From assembly GCA_034522515.1 (NCBI GenBank), contig JAXHLF010000017.1, forward strand, positions 18,971 through 82,970: 64,000 nucleotides of DNA, written 5' to 3'. A program made the position numbers and the translations under genes. The notes beneath the pieces are model-generated. The model was not told the DNA's origin and did not search any database. It worked only from the letters and a program-made list of their open reading frames with translations. How positions within the stretch are numbered: position 1 is the first letter of the stretch; each line of letters opens with the position of its first letter. Shown here one piece after another: positions 22,081-33,778 of the stretch. This DNA is from Bacteroidales bacterium (GTDB lineage: Bacteria; Bacteroidota; Bacteroidia; Bacteroidales; VadinHA17).

Positions 22081-23832
22081 TCAGCTCTGCCAGTCGATTC
22101 CCACCGCGATGTTGAACATATCCTTCCAGAAGTCCCGGTTGGCTTTGAAGGAAGGCTCTTCTGCCATCACCATTCTCTCCACCGGCTTCCAGAATCCCCA
22201 TGGGCGCACCTGCCTGTAAAACTTCTTCAGGGTGGCATCATCCTCCTTTTTGGTGAGCAGTGAACCGAGGACGCTGCCTACGAGAGAAATGAGGAAGATG
22301 ATCGGGAAAGCGTTCATGCTGAAGTTCTCGGTCAGAGGCCAGTTCTGGAGTATGCTGAGGTTGAGTGCCGGCAGCAGGATGGCAGCTCCGACGCCTGAGA
22401 GCATCCCCCAGAAGTACCCGTATCCGTTAAATCTCCACCAGTACCACTTCAGCACGTTGGGGGCAGTATAGCCGCCCCAGAGCGCGGCGGTGATCCAGAG
22501 CACCACATCGTTGATGGATGTCACAAGGAAGCCGGCGATTATCCCGATTACCACTATCAGGAGCGAGGCGGCGTAACTCATCCTGACGTAGGTCTTTTCG
22601 CTGGCATTGGGGTTTATGTAACGCTTGTAAATATCGTTGACCAGATATGCCGGTGCAGCGTTCACCGTGGCGGCGAAGTTGCTCATGAAGGCGGCGATGA
22701 GGCCGGCAAGAAGGAAACCCAGAAGGCCCACAGGGACATAGGTTGCGAGCACCTCCGGCAGGATGCTCTCGAAGTCGGGGTTTGTCAGTGACCCCGTATA
22801 CAGTTTGTCGAAATTAACCAGGGCCAGTATCGTCAGTCCGGCTACCATGAAGTAACGGGTGGGGTTCAGCACCACGCTCACCAGTGAGCTCATCTTTGAA
22901 GCCTCCTTGGGGTTCTTTGTGGCGAGGATGCGCTGCATGTCATAGTTGGGTGCCGGGCCGGCAGCGGAGACAAGCAGGCCCTTGAAGAGCATCATGACGA
23001 AGAAGAGCCCGAACAGCTCATATCCGTCCGTCTTGATCCACTCGTTGAACGTATGCAGCTTCGGCGACGCCGTCGCAGAGATGGCCTGCCAGTCGAGCCC
23101 CGTGGTCCTCCCGAACCACAGGGTCTTCCACCCCTCAGGGATGACCGCGTTGAGGGCATCGGGAGAGATCTGTTTTATGGCTATTATGCCCACGGCAACG
23201 GAGGCGATGGTAAGAATGCCGTACTGTATCACCTCGGTGATGACCACGCTGAACATCCCTCCCTTGACCACATAGAAGGTTGTGATAGCCATGAGGATAA
23301 GGGCATAGAGGTTGACGTTTATCTGCGGGTGTTCCAGCAGGTATTCAGGGTTGGAGACCAGAGGCGGGAGGAATGCCGAAACAAACTTGCCTATGCCCTT
23401 GAAGCCGTACGACAGGAACCCGATGACACTGACGATGGCGAAGATCACCACTATTATGTGCGAGAGGGTTGCTGCCCTCCCGTCGCCGAAGCGCGTCTTA
23501 ATCCATTCGGCTCCGGTCATGACGTTGGAGCGCCTCAGCCAGGAGGAGAGATATACCATCAGGAATATCTGGTTGAACACAGGCCACAGCCAGGGTATCC
23601 AGAGGCTCTTCATGCCGTATACTGAAAGCCAGTAGACGAGGAGCATTGTGCCGGCTATGTCAAACATGCCCGATGCATTGGAGACACCCAGGAAATACCA
23701 CGGCAGGCTGTTGCCGCCGAGGAAGTATGACTGAATGTTTTTCGACGCCCGTTTTGAGACCCAGTTACCTATAAAGATGGTTGCCACCAGGTAGAGAAGG
23801 ACGATGCCAAGGTCTATGATATGCACATTCAT
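22081..23832 (-). CDS. sodium:solute symporter (SSS family)
   Basis: Intact 583 aa, about 13-14 TM, with SSS-like spacing. It lies inside the glycan locus. Confidence 0.75.
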   Translation of the reverse strand: MNVHIIDLGIVLLYLVATIFIGNWVSKRASKNIQSYFLGGNSLPWYFLGVSNASGMFDIAGTMLLVYWLSVYGMKSLWIPWLWPVFNQIFLMVYLSSWLRRSNVMTGAEWIKTRFGDGRAATLSHIIVVIFAIVSVIGFLSYGFKGIGKFVSAFLPPLVSNPEYLLEHPQINVNLYALILMAITTFYVVKGGMFSVVITEVIQYGILTIASVAVGIIAIKQISPDALNAVIPEGWKTLWFGRTTGLDWQAISATASPKLHTFNEWIKTDGYELFGLFFVMMLFKGLLVSAAGPAPNYDMQRILATKNPKEASKMSSLVSVVLNPTRYFMVAGLTILALVNFDKLYTGSLTNPDFESILPEVLATYVPVGLLGFLLAGLIAAFMSNFAATVNAAPAYLVNDIYKRYINPNASEKTYVRMSYAASLLIVVIGIIAGFLVTSINDVVLWITAALWGGYTAPNVLKWYWWRFNGYGYFWGMLSGVGAAILLPALNLSILQNWPLTENFSMNAFPIIFLISLVGSVLGSLLTKKEDDATLKKFYRQVRPWGFWKPVERMVMAEEPSFKANRDFWKDMFNIAVGIDWQS

Positions 23833-23856
23833 GGTTATGATGGGTTAGTTAAGGGT

Positions 23857-24603
23857 TCAGATGATGAAGGATATATGTCTTTTTCTTGTTTTTTCGTACA
23901 CCTCCCGGCTGAAGAGATAATACTGTGCCGGTTTGTGGGCCACACCCTGCTGCTTCTTCTTCATCGGGATGACATAGTGCATCTGTGCCACCCTTTTCCT
24001 AAAGTTGCGTTTGTCAAATGACGTTCCAAGCACAGCCTCGTAAAGTTTCTGTAACTGTGATAACGTAAAGTAATCAGGTAGGAGCTCAAAGGCGATGGGT
24101 TCGACCTTAACCTTGCTTTGCAGAGATTTAAGAGCCTCATAAAAGAGATATTTATGGTCGAATGCCAGCTCCATATCCTTTATCATGGTGACCGGGAACC
24201 ATGAGACGTTCCTCTCTTTCAGCCTGAGCGTCACCTTGGTGTTGTCAATGAGTGCCAGGTAACCTACGGTGACGATCCGGTCGGCAAAGCCCTTGTTGAT
24301 ATAATCGAGCCAGGCCTTATCCCTGGGAGCAGAGACACGGTCAAGCTGCCCATAGGCCCCGAACTGCTCGAGGAAGATGTTGTCGAGCCCGGTAAGTCCT
24401 TTCAGTATCCGGGCCGCAGCACTGTCGAGGTCCTCATCCTCAAAGATGTGATAGCCTGCCAGGGTGTGGTCACGGATCTTCACCTCACCGCTCCTTTCAT
24501 CCCTTAGCTCCCTTTCAACAAGCAGAACATTTAGTTTTTCAAAGTCAAAACCGAACACTACACAGTCGACCGAAATGTTGGGAACAATCTTATGGACTAT
24601 CAT
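23857..24603 (-). CDS. NUDIX-domain (NrtR-like) transcriptional regulator
   Basis: Intact 248 aa with an N-terminal Nudix-like fold and a C-terminal winged-helix-like region. This is the arrangement used by sugar-responsive NrtR-family regulators in Bacteroidota. Confidence 0.6.
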   Translation of the reverse strand: MIVHKIVPNISVDCVVFGFDFEKLNVLLVERELRDERSGEVKIRDHTLAGYHIFEDEDLDSAAARILKGLTGLDNIFLEQFGAYGQLDRVSAPRDKAWLDYINKGFADRIVTVGYLALIDNTKVTLRLKERNVSWFPVTMIKDMELAFDHKYLFYEALKSLQSKVKVEPIAFELLPDYFTLSQLQKLYEAVLGTSFDKRNFRKRVAQMHYVIPMKKKQQGVAHKPAQYYLFSREVYEKTRKRHISFII

Positions 24604-24831
24604 TTTATTATATCTGGAAGGAGATAAAATGACTTAGTGTACAAAGTAGGATTTCAAAGATATCATAAATAAACAGCAGAATCAAGGAGGAATCATAAAA
24701 AACTGACAGAACTTTCTTCGATAAATAGTCAAGTATTTATATTACAATGCATTAAGCCTAGAGAGTGAAACATAAAGAAAAGTGTCTGGCAGAAAATCAC
24801 CGTTCATTATACAGTTATAAGTGTAAATAAT

Positions 24832-24853
24832 TAACTTTGTGTAATAAGTACAC
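24832..24853 (+). promoter_or_regulatory. candidate -7 box overlapped by an inverted repeat (possible operator)
   Basis: TAACTTTG at 24832-24839. GTGTA-ataag-TACAC at 24839-24853. Both lie in the 455-bp divergent region between the NrtR-like gene and GH31. Confidence 0.3.
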
Positions 24854-25059
24854 GAACAGAATGAACTCCGGTTTCACAGGCGGCGGTAATAAACCATATG
24901 AACAAAGGGTATCGCTGAAGTTATATTTAAATTGGGATAGCCTTTGTAACTTTACTATATTTAGTGACAGGTTGAAATGAATATGATGGTTCGGTTATTT
25001 TATTGGGTCATGGTCATGCTTGCATAAAGAAGAAATTAATCATTAAATAATCCAGCATT

Positions 25060-27915
25060 ATGAAGAAGATAAGAATACTTGGCGCACTTGTGACGGTGCT
25101 GGGCATTCTGGCGCTTTTGGGCCAGTCATGTTCCACTGCACCTTATGAAAGGAGCGAAGACGGTGTTGTGATAAGCCTTAACGGCAAATCAGATTTTCCC
25201 GGTCAGGTCATAAGGCTTCAGGTCATATCTGACAAAATCATCCGGGTGACTTCAGTTCCCTCAGGCTTGTTCCCTGAGACTGTCAGCCTGATCACTGTTC
25301 CCAGGCCGGAAAGAGTGACGGAGTTTACCCTTGAGGAGGGAGAGGGACAAATCACCCTGGGTACCAAGGCGCTTAGCGCTGAGGTATCGCTTAAGACAGG
25401 GGAGGTCGTCTTTACCGATACCGAAGGGACGGTCTTTGTCGCAGAACAGCTTGGCGGCGGCAGATCGTTCACCCCTTCGACAGTGGCGGGAGAAAGCTGC
25501 CTTGAGGTTCGGCAGCAGTTTGAGTCGCCCGGTGACGAGGCAATCTATGGTCTCGGTGCCAACCAGACCTCATTCATGAACCTGAAGGGCAAGGATGCCG
25601 ACCTTTTCCAGTACAATACCCTGGCCGTGGTGCCTTTCATCATCTCAAACCGCAATTATGGCATACTGTGGGACAATAACTCCAGGACAAAATTTGGTGA
25701 CATCCGCGAATGGAGCGAGCTCTCGGCAATGAAACTCTATGACAGTAAGGGCGCTGAAGGAGGGTTTACGGCAACATATGCAGACCGTAAAACTGGCAAG
25801 AAGGTGTTCGTGACCCGCAGTGAGGAGGAGATAAACTACCAGTTCATCCCTGACCTGGTGAAATTCCCCGAGGGTTTCAGCCTTGGCGACGGTAAAGTAA
25901 TCTGGGAGGGTGAGTTTGAATCGGATACAACCGGGGAGCACAAGTTCATGTTCAATTCAGCCGGCTATGCAAAGCTCTGGATCGACGGGAAGCTGATATT
26001 CGACCGCTGGCGGCAGTGCTGGAACGCTTCATCGAACTATTTCACCATGCGTCTTGAGGAAGATAAGCGTTACCCCCTGAAGATCGAATGGATCCCCGAC
26101 GGGGGCGAGTCATTTATCACCCTGAAGTACCTTTCACCCCTTGATGAAGAGGAGCAGCAGAGAATATCCTTCTGGTCGGAGGTGGCTGACCAGATCGATT
26201 ATTATTTCATCAGCGGCGATAACATGGATGAAGTCATCAGCGGATACCGCACCGTGACCGGTAAGGCGCCGGTTATGCCGAAGTGGTCGATGGGATTCTG
26301 GCAGAGCCGCCAGCGCTATACCACACAGGAAGAGGTGCTGGGTGTGGTTGAGGAATACAGGAAGAAGGAGATACCTTTTGACAATATTGTTCTTGACTGG
26401 CAGTATTGGCCTATAGACAAATGGGGCGATCATCAGTTTGACTCCATCCGCTTCCCTGATCCTGACGCGATGATTAAAACACTCCATAATGATCTGAATG
26501 CAAGGATCATGATCTCGGTCTGGCCAAAATACTATGTCGGAACCAAAAACTACGAGGCCATGAACAGCAAGGGATGGCTTTACAAAAGAAATGTAGAGAA
26601 GGGTCAGAAGGACTGGATAGGGTACTTATCAACCTTCTACGACGCTTTCAATGCCGATGCCCGCAAGGCCTTCTGGGAACAGATAAACACCTCTCTTTAC
26701 AGCAAGGGTATTGATGCCTGGTGGCTTGATGCCACCGAGCCTGACATATGCTCCAACCTGCCGATGGATGAGCGCAAGGCTCTCATGCATCCGACAGCCC
26801 TGGGCTCCGCCGACAGGTATTTCAACGCCTATTCACTGGTTCAGGCAGGGGGTGTATACGATGGGCAACGCAGCACCGACCCTGGTAACAGGGTATTCAT
26901 CCTGACACGGTCAGCATTCTCCGGACTGCAGAGATACTCCGCAGCCAACTGGAGTGGCGATATTGCTGCAAGATGGCATGACATGGCTGCACAGATACCA
27001 TGCGGACTAAATGTATGCATGTCGGGCATTCCATGGTGGACTATGGACATCGGAGGCTTCTCGGTCGAGAGCCGTTATTACAATCCGTCACCGGCCGACC
27101 TTGAGGAGTGGCGTGAGCTGATGACACGATGGCACCAGTACGGGGCCTTTGTACCCCTCTTCAGATCGCACGGTGAGTTTCCCTACAGAGAGATGTATAA
27201 CACAGCCCCCGAAAACCATCCTGCCTATAAGACAATGGTTGAATATAATAAGCTGAGATACAGGCTTATGCCATACATTTACTCTATGGCGGGACATGCC
27301 TGGCTGAATGACTATACCATAATGAGAGGACTGGCGATGGACTTCAGCCTTGATACGGCTCTGCTCAACATCACTGACCAGTATATGTTCGGACCGTCGC
27401 TGATGGTAAATCCCGTTACGGAATACAAGGCACGCTCCAGGAAAATTTATCTTCCTGCGGCATACGGCTGGTATGACATGCGAACCGGCAGATACTTCAG
27501 TGGCGGAACCGTGACCGAAGCCGATGCACCGTACGATTACATGCCTGTCTTCGTCAGGGAGGGATCAGTGATTCCCTTCGGGCCCGAGATACAGTATGCC
27601 TCCGAGAAACAGGCTGACCCCATCACGCTCTGTGTCTATACGGGCGCTGACGCAAGTTTTGTCCTTTACGAAGACGAGGGCGAGAACTACAACTATGAGA
27701 GCGGCGCATACACCCTGATACCATTCACCTACAGCGAGGCCGGAAAAACGCTGACGGTAGGCACCAGAACCGGAGAGTTTTCCGGAATGCTCCAGGACCG
27801 TACATTCAATGTGGTGGTGGTCTCAAAGGAGAAACCGGGGAAACTCGATTTTAATAAAGCACCTGACCTGACCGTTAAGTACACAGGCGGGGAGATAACC
27901 GTCAAGCTGCCGTAA
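25060..27915 (+). CDS. GH31 alpha-xylosidase/alpha-glucosidase with an inserted PA14-like domain
   Basis: Intact 951 aa with a lipoprotein-like signal (LLGQSCS) and the GH31 catalytic region (GIDAWWLDATEPD, WSGDI). The extra ~150-aa insert is as in xyloglucan-locus alpha-xylosidases. Confidence 0.8.
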   Translation: MKKIRILGALVTVLGILALLGQSCSTAPYERSEDGVVISLNGKSDFPGQVIRLQVISDKIIRVTSVPSGLFPETVSLITVPRPERVTEFTLEEGEGQITLGTKALSAEVSLKTGEVVFTDTEGTVFVAEQLGGGRSFTPSTVAGESCLEVRQQFESPGDEAIYGLGANQTSFMNLKGKDADLFQYNTLAVVPFIISNRNYGILWDNNSRTKFGDIREWSELSAMKLYDSKGAEGGFTATYADRKTGKKVFVTRSEEEINYQFIPDLVKFPEGFSLGDGKVIWEGEFESDTTGEHKFMFNSAGYAKLWIDGKLIFDRWRQCWNASSNYFTMRLEEDKRYPLKIEWIPDGGESFITLKYLSPLDEEEQQRISFWSEVADQIDYYFISGDNMDEVISGYRTVTGKAPVMPKWSMGFWQSRQRYTTQEEVLGVVEEYRKKEIPFDNIVLDWQYWPIDKWGDHQFDSIRFPDPDAMIKTLHNDLNARIMISVWPKYYVGTKNYEAMNSKGWLYKRNVEKGQKDWIGYLSTFYDAFNADARKAFWEQINTSLYSKGIDAWWLDATEPDICSNLPMDERKALMHPTALGSADRYFNAYSLVQAGGVYDGQRSTDPGNRVFILTRSAFSGLQRYSAANWSGDIAARWHDMAAQIPCGLNVCMSGIPWWTMDIGGFSVESRYYNPSPADLEEWRELMTRWHQYGAFVPLFRSHGEFPYREMYNTAPENHPAYKTMVEYNKLRYRLMPYIYSMAGHAWLNDYTIMRGLAMDFSLDTALLNITDQYMFGPSLMVNPVTEYKARSRKIYLPAAYGWYDMRTGRYFSGGTVTEADAPYDYMPVFVREGSVIPFGPEIQYASEKQADPITLCVYTGADASFVLYEDEGENYNYESGAYTLIPFTYSEAGKTLTVGTRTGEFSGMLQDRTFNVVVVSKEKPGKLDFNKAPDLTVKYTGGEITVKLP

Positions 27916-27963
27916 TAGCATATGCAAGAACGGGGTTGAAGGGTAAATCTAATATGAAATAAT

Positions 27964-29701
27964 ATGATGAAGAGACTGTTTTCTGCTGCTGCTGTGTTCT
28001 GGATCATCATCAGTTCAGGCAGTGCCCAGAGCATCGTGCCGGCTGAGTGGAAGTTCCTCACGGGAGACACGCCGGAGTATATTGACTCGGCAATGAATGA
28101 CTATTGGTGGAAGGACATCTCTCCCCTCCGGCTGTGGGAAACACAGGGATTTGAAGGGTATGACGGCTTCGCCTGGTACCGTGTAAAGGTGGTGGTTCCG
28201 GCCTCTATGAGAAAGAATGCCAATAAGTATGACGGGCTCGTTCTTAACCTGGGTAAAATCGATGATTCCGATGTCACCTATTTCAACGGGCACGAGGTGG
28301 GCCAGTACCGGTCAGATGCCCCCCGATTATTCGGGTGCTTATGATGTCCCGCGAACATACCTGATACCACCGGATTATGTAGTGTGGGGTAAGAAAAACA
28401 GCATCGCCGTAAGGGTTTATGATGCCGGCGGCGGCGGCGGTCTATACGGAGGCCCGGTGGAGCTGACCACCAAAGGCAACCCTGACCTGCTTGTCCTCGA
28501 CACGGAATTTAAAAATCAGGACATGATCTTCACCGGATCACCTGAAATGGAGATTCCGGTCACGCTGAAAAGTGAATTCAGAAAGAAGTACAGGGGTTCA
28601 CTTACACTACAGATCACCACTGACTTTGGCGAGGAGTATGACACAAAGTACCGCGAGGTGGCGGTGAAGAGGAAAAGCACCGGCCATTTTACCTTCAGGG
28701 TCAGAGACCTTGAACCGGGTTTTTATAAAGCTGTTCTTTCTCTTGAGAGCAAGATGGGCAACAAGAAGCACAGCTTTAATTTCGGGTATGAGCCTGAAAA
28801 GATAGTCTCTCCAGCTAATCCGCAGCCTGACTTTGATGAATTCTGGCAGAGGGCAAAGGCAGAACTTGCGGCTGTTGACCCGCAGTTCAGGATGATACGC
28901 ATTGACAGTCTTTGCACTGAAAAGCATAATGTCTACCTCGTCGAGATGCGCTCACTGGGCAATGCCCTCATAAGGGGGTGGTACCAGGTGCCGGCCCGGC
29001 CAGGACGCTATCCGGCCGTCATGCAGGTGCCGGGCTATAGCTCAACCATCGTTCCTTCATATGTCAATTACGGGGATGACATTATTGGCTTTGGCCTCAA
29101 TATCAGGGGCCATGGCAACAGCAAGGATGATGTCAATCCCGGTTTCCCGGGATACATACTCACGAACCTTGGAGACAAGGAGAAGTATATCTACAAGGGT
29201 GCTTATATGGACTGTGTCAGGGCGATTGACTTCCTCTGCTCGAGACCCGAGGTTGACACATCACGCATAGCCGTTGAAGGAGCCAGCCAGGGCGGCGCCC
29301 TGACCTTTGCTGCGGCAGCCCTTAATAATGACAGGATTGCCGTATGTGCACCGCAAGTGCCGTTCCTGTCAGACTTCAGGGATTATTTTCAGGTGGCCGT
29401 CTGGCCCGGCAATGAGTTTATCGCTCTTGTTGAACAGGAGAAGAAGCTGACATGGGATCAGGTTTACAATACGCTCAGCTACTTCGACATAAAGAACCTT
29501 GCCCATCTTATCAGGGCACCGATGATCATGGGGGTGGGTCTGATGGACGAGGTATGCCCGCCTCATATCAATTTTGCTGCCTATAACCTTGTTGGGGCAG
29601 AGAAGAAGTATATTGTCTATCCCGAAGCAGGCCACGGACTTCCGGAGGATTTCCATAGGGCAAAGATGAACTGGATAAGAACAAAGCTGGGATTGGAGTA
29701 A
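27964..29701 (+). CDS. CE7-type acetyl (xylan) esterase with an N-terminal galactose-binding-like domain; one frameshift
   Basis: 28217..29701 carries YPAVMQVPGYSS and the nucleophile motif GASQGG. 27964..28344 supplies the signal peptide and a GH2_N-like sugar-binding domain. The frames join near 28300. Confidence 0.75.
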
Positions 29702-29717
29702 CAATAATATTACTGTT

Positions 29718-32201
29718 ATGACGGGAAGAAAATCAATTTCGGGGCATACTGCCTCTGGCGCTCCTTGTGGCGGCTGTCATCAGTGCATGCTTACAGACCC
29801 GAGCACACGCGACAAGAGCGAGCTTCAATGAAGGATGGAAATTTTCGCCTGACTGCCGGCGAGGGAAGCATCGCAGGGTAGATCTTGACGACAGCGGGTG
29901 GAGGGTTCTTGACCTGCCGCACGACTGGAGCATTGAGGGAGAATTCAGTGAGACCAATCCCGCTACCCCGGGCGGAGGAGCACTGCCGGGAGGCATAGGC
30001 TGGTACCGCAAGGCATTCAGGGTCAGCGAGTCAGAAAAGGAGACACTGCTATACATTGAGTTTGACGGAATATACCGGAACAGCGAGGTGTGGATAAACG
30101 GCAACTATCTGGGCAAAAGGCCTTACGGGTACAGCTCATTCAGGTACGAACTTACCCCATACCTCCTCTACGGTGAAGAGGAGAATGTTGTCGCAGTGAA
30201 GGTTGACAACTCGCAGCAACCCAACTCAAGGTGGTACTCCGGGTCAGGCATCTACCGGCAACGTATGGCTTGACACAACGAGCCACCATAGCCGTGGACC
30301 ACTGGGGAGCATTTTGTCACCACCCCTGAGGTGAGTGCGCTGATGAAGCCCTGCTGAGGGTGATAACACAGGTAAAGAACGGTTCAGGCTCCGTGGCCGA
30401 GGTCAGGCTTGAAACAGCCGTCTATGATGCAGACAACCGCAGGGTGGCCTCTTCAAACACTGACCCTTTAACGGTAAACGGATCTGTTACGGCCGTTACG
30501 CAGGAGTTGCGCGCTCAGAGATCCCTGGCTATGGTCAGTTGACAGGCCATACCTTTACCGTGTCGTCACAGAGGGTTTATGCAGGAACCACGCTGACAGA
30601 CAGATATGAGACCTGTCACCGGCATCCGGTCATTTGCCTTTGACGCCGTGAGAAGGGGTTCTCACTAAACGGCGAGCCGATGAAGATCCGGGGGGTGTGC
30701 AATCATCATGACCTCGGCTGCCTGGGTGCAGCTGTCAACACCCGCGCCATTGAGCGCCAGCTTGAGATACTGAAGGAGATGGGCTGCAACGGTATACGTA
30801 CAGCACATAATCCCCCTGCTCCGGAGCTGCTCGATCTGTGTGACCGTATGGGCTTCATAGTGATGGATGAGGCATTTGACGTATGGAAGGTGAAGAAGAA
30901 TGTTTATGACTACCATCTCGACTTTGACGAATGGCACAGGCAGGATCTGGAGGCCATGGTTAAGCGCGACCGGAACCACCCCTCCGTCTTCATCTGGAGC
31001 ATTGGCAACGAGGTGATGGAACAGTGGCAGCGGGACGGCAGCGGTGAGGCCATTGCCACTGAACTGGCAGATATTGTACGAGCCCTTGATGGTACAAGGC
31101 CAGTTACCTCAGGCTGCAATGACCCTGCTCCTCATAACCCGGTTATCGCTTCGGGTGCACTTGACCTGATGGGGTTTAACTACCATGACACACTCTGGAC
31201 CCGATTCCCCGAAGCATTTCCGGGAGGAAAATATATCGGCACTGAGACTACTTCGGCCCTGGCAACACGGGGAAGCTATGACATGCCATCTGATGTCATC
31301 CGCCGCTGGCCTGTCAGATGGGATCAGCCCTTCATGGATGGCAACGCCGACCTTACATGTTCATCGTATGACAACTGTTCGGCACCCTGGGGCTCAACCC
31401 ATCAGCGACTCCTGGAAGCTGATCAGGGATAATGATTTTCTCTCGGGGATGTACATCTGGACAGGCTTTGATTACCTGGGTGAGCCTACTCCCTACTGGT
31501 GGCCCGCCCGCAGCTCATATTTCGGGGTGATCGACCTTGCCGGATTTCCAAAGGATGCCTACTGGTTCTATCAGAGCGAATGGACGAAGAAGCCCGTGCT
31601 GCATCTCTTCCCCCATTGGAACTGGAGTCCGGGGCAGACGGTTGATGTGTGGGCCTATACTAACTGTGATGAGGTTGAGCTCTTCCTCAACGGCGTCTCA
31701 CTGGGAAGGAAAGTGATGGGAGACGGATGACCTTAACCTGATGTGGAGGGTGCAGCATGAGCCGGGGACACTGACAGCCGTTGGGTACAACAGGTGGAAG
31801 CGGAGACGATGAGGAAGCGAGATCAGGACGCGCCGGAGAGCCTGCAGCCATCGTCCTTTCAGCCGACAGGTCAGGAGATAAGCGCCGACGGATCGCGACC
31901 TCTCATTTATTACCGTAACGGTGGTCGACAAGGATAACATACCTGTGCCGCATGCAGACAACCTGGTTGAAGTTCTCGGTTGAGGGTCCCGGTTTCGTTG
32001 CCGGTGTTGATAACGGCAGCCAGACCAGCATGGAGCCTCTTCAAGGCTGATTACCGCAAGGCTATTCAATGGCAAGTGCCTGGTGGTGCTGAAGTCGGGG
32101 AAGGAAAAAGGAGATAACGGTGGTTGCACTGAAGGCGATCATTGTCAGAAACAGGGCTGGCCGGAGCCGCACTGGCTACCGTGAGTTTACAGGTCAGATA
32201 A
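29718..32201 (+). CDS. GH2 beta-galactosidase-like enzyme, heavily frameshifted (about 8 breaks)
   Basis: GH2 N-domain (FNEGWKF...LPHDWSIEG...GIGWYRK) and TIM-barrel motifs (RTAHNPP, NHPSVFIWSIGNE, ...GFDYLGEP). The fragments tile to the stop at 32199-32201. Confidence 0.75.
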
Positions 32202-32366
32202 AGATCTGGTTTACCCTGATGTGGCTGTCTTGCGCCGCCTGTACCGTTAGGGTCAGATAAAGACCCTGGTGCCATGCGGCCTGAAGTGCCCCGAGTTAAA
32301 AGAATGGTATTACATCACGAACCGACTGATTGATTATTTTTGATAAGGATCGCAAAAAAACGCATT

Positions 32367-33679
32367 ATGAAAAAGTTATTGACAGGACTGTTGCTGATAA
32401 TGGCTCCTTACCGGCTGCGAAAGGAGTCAGTAAAAATGATTTTGTGACTGTCGACTGACGGCATTTTTCAGATCAGCGGCAAGCCTTACTATTATATAGG
32501 CGCCAATTACTGGTACGGAGCCATCCTCGGCAGCCAGGGAGAATATGGCGACAGGGAGCGGCTGGTGAGGGAGCTTGACCACATGAAGAGCATCGGCATT
32601 GACAACCTGCGGGTGCTTGTAGGCGCCGAGGGCCCTGACAATGAGCCTTTCCGACGTCACCCCTGCCCTGCTCCTCTCTCCGGGAGAGTATAATGACGAT
32701 CTGCTTGACGGCCTCGATTTCCTCTTGTCAGAGATGAAGAAGAGAGGTCAGTACGCCATCCTGTACCTCAACAATGCATGGGACTGGAGCGGAGGGTTCT
32801 CGCAGTACCTTGACTGGAACGGTTACGGGCCCATTCCCAATCCCAATATTCCGCCAAATACCTGGCCACAGTTCATGAGCTTCTCGGGGCAGTTCCACTC
32901 GTGTGTGCCATGCATTGCCCAGTTCGAGGATCACATCAGGTTCATCGTGGGCCGCACAAACAGCTACACCGGACTGAAATATACGGAGGATCCGGTAATA
33001 ATGACATGGGAGATAGGCAATGAGCCGAGAGCCTTTTCCGAGGCCAGCAGATATTCCCGCCTTTGAGGCAATGATAAAACGCATTGCGGTCACTGCTTCA
33101 GGAGCTTGATGAGAACCACCTTGTGACCACCGGCACGGAAGGACAATGGGGCTGCGAACAGTCAATGGATCTGTTCGAGCGCATTCATGCCGATCCGAAC
33201 ATCGATTACCTGACCATGCATATATGGCCCAAGAACTGGGGATGGCTTGACATTAAGGATATTCCGGGAACCGTTACCTCAAGCATTGAGAAAACAAATA
33301 AATACATGAATGATCATCTGGTGGTGGCAGAGAGACTCAGGAAGCCCATTGTGCTTGAGGAGTTCGGCCTTCCGCGCGATCAGCACGGCTTCTCGGCTGA
33401 GGAGCCAACCACCAGTCGTGATTTATATTACAGAAATGCCTTTGGACAGGTCGATTGAACATGCCGGGAGAGCGCGGGCCGCTGGCAGGATGTAATATAT
33501 GGGCATACTCGGGCGAGGGAAGAGGGGCAGAGGGCCGTATCCACTGGCAGCCGGGCGACGACTACCTTGGCGACCCGCCACAGGAGGAGCAGGGACTTAA
33601 CTCGGTCTTTGACACTGACTCTACAATAGACATGATCACCGGGTTTACCCGGGGTCTCGGTAACCTCATGAAAAAATAA
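32367..33679 (+). CDS. GH5 endo-beta-mannanase-like enzyme; 3-4 frameshifts
   Basis: ATG at 32367 (MKKLLTGLLLI...). Also GKPYYYIGANYWYGAILGS, LYLNNAWDWSGGFSQYLDW and the acid/base motif WEIGNEPR. The fragments run to 33679. Confidence 0.7.
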
Positions 33680-33778
33680 CCGGGTCATGAGGCCGGCATG
33701 CATTATGTGCGCAAACATTGTATGAGTGTAGTATTACGTGAATGGGATGTTACAGCCAGACAAATAATAATAAATAAT

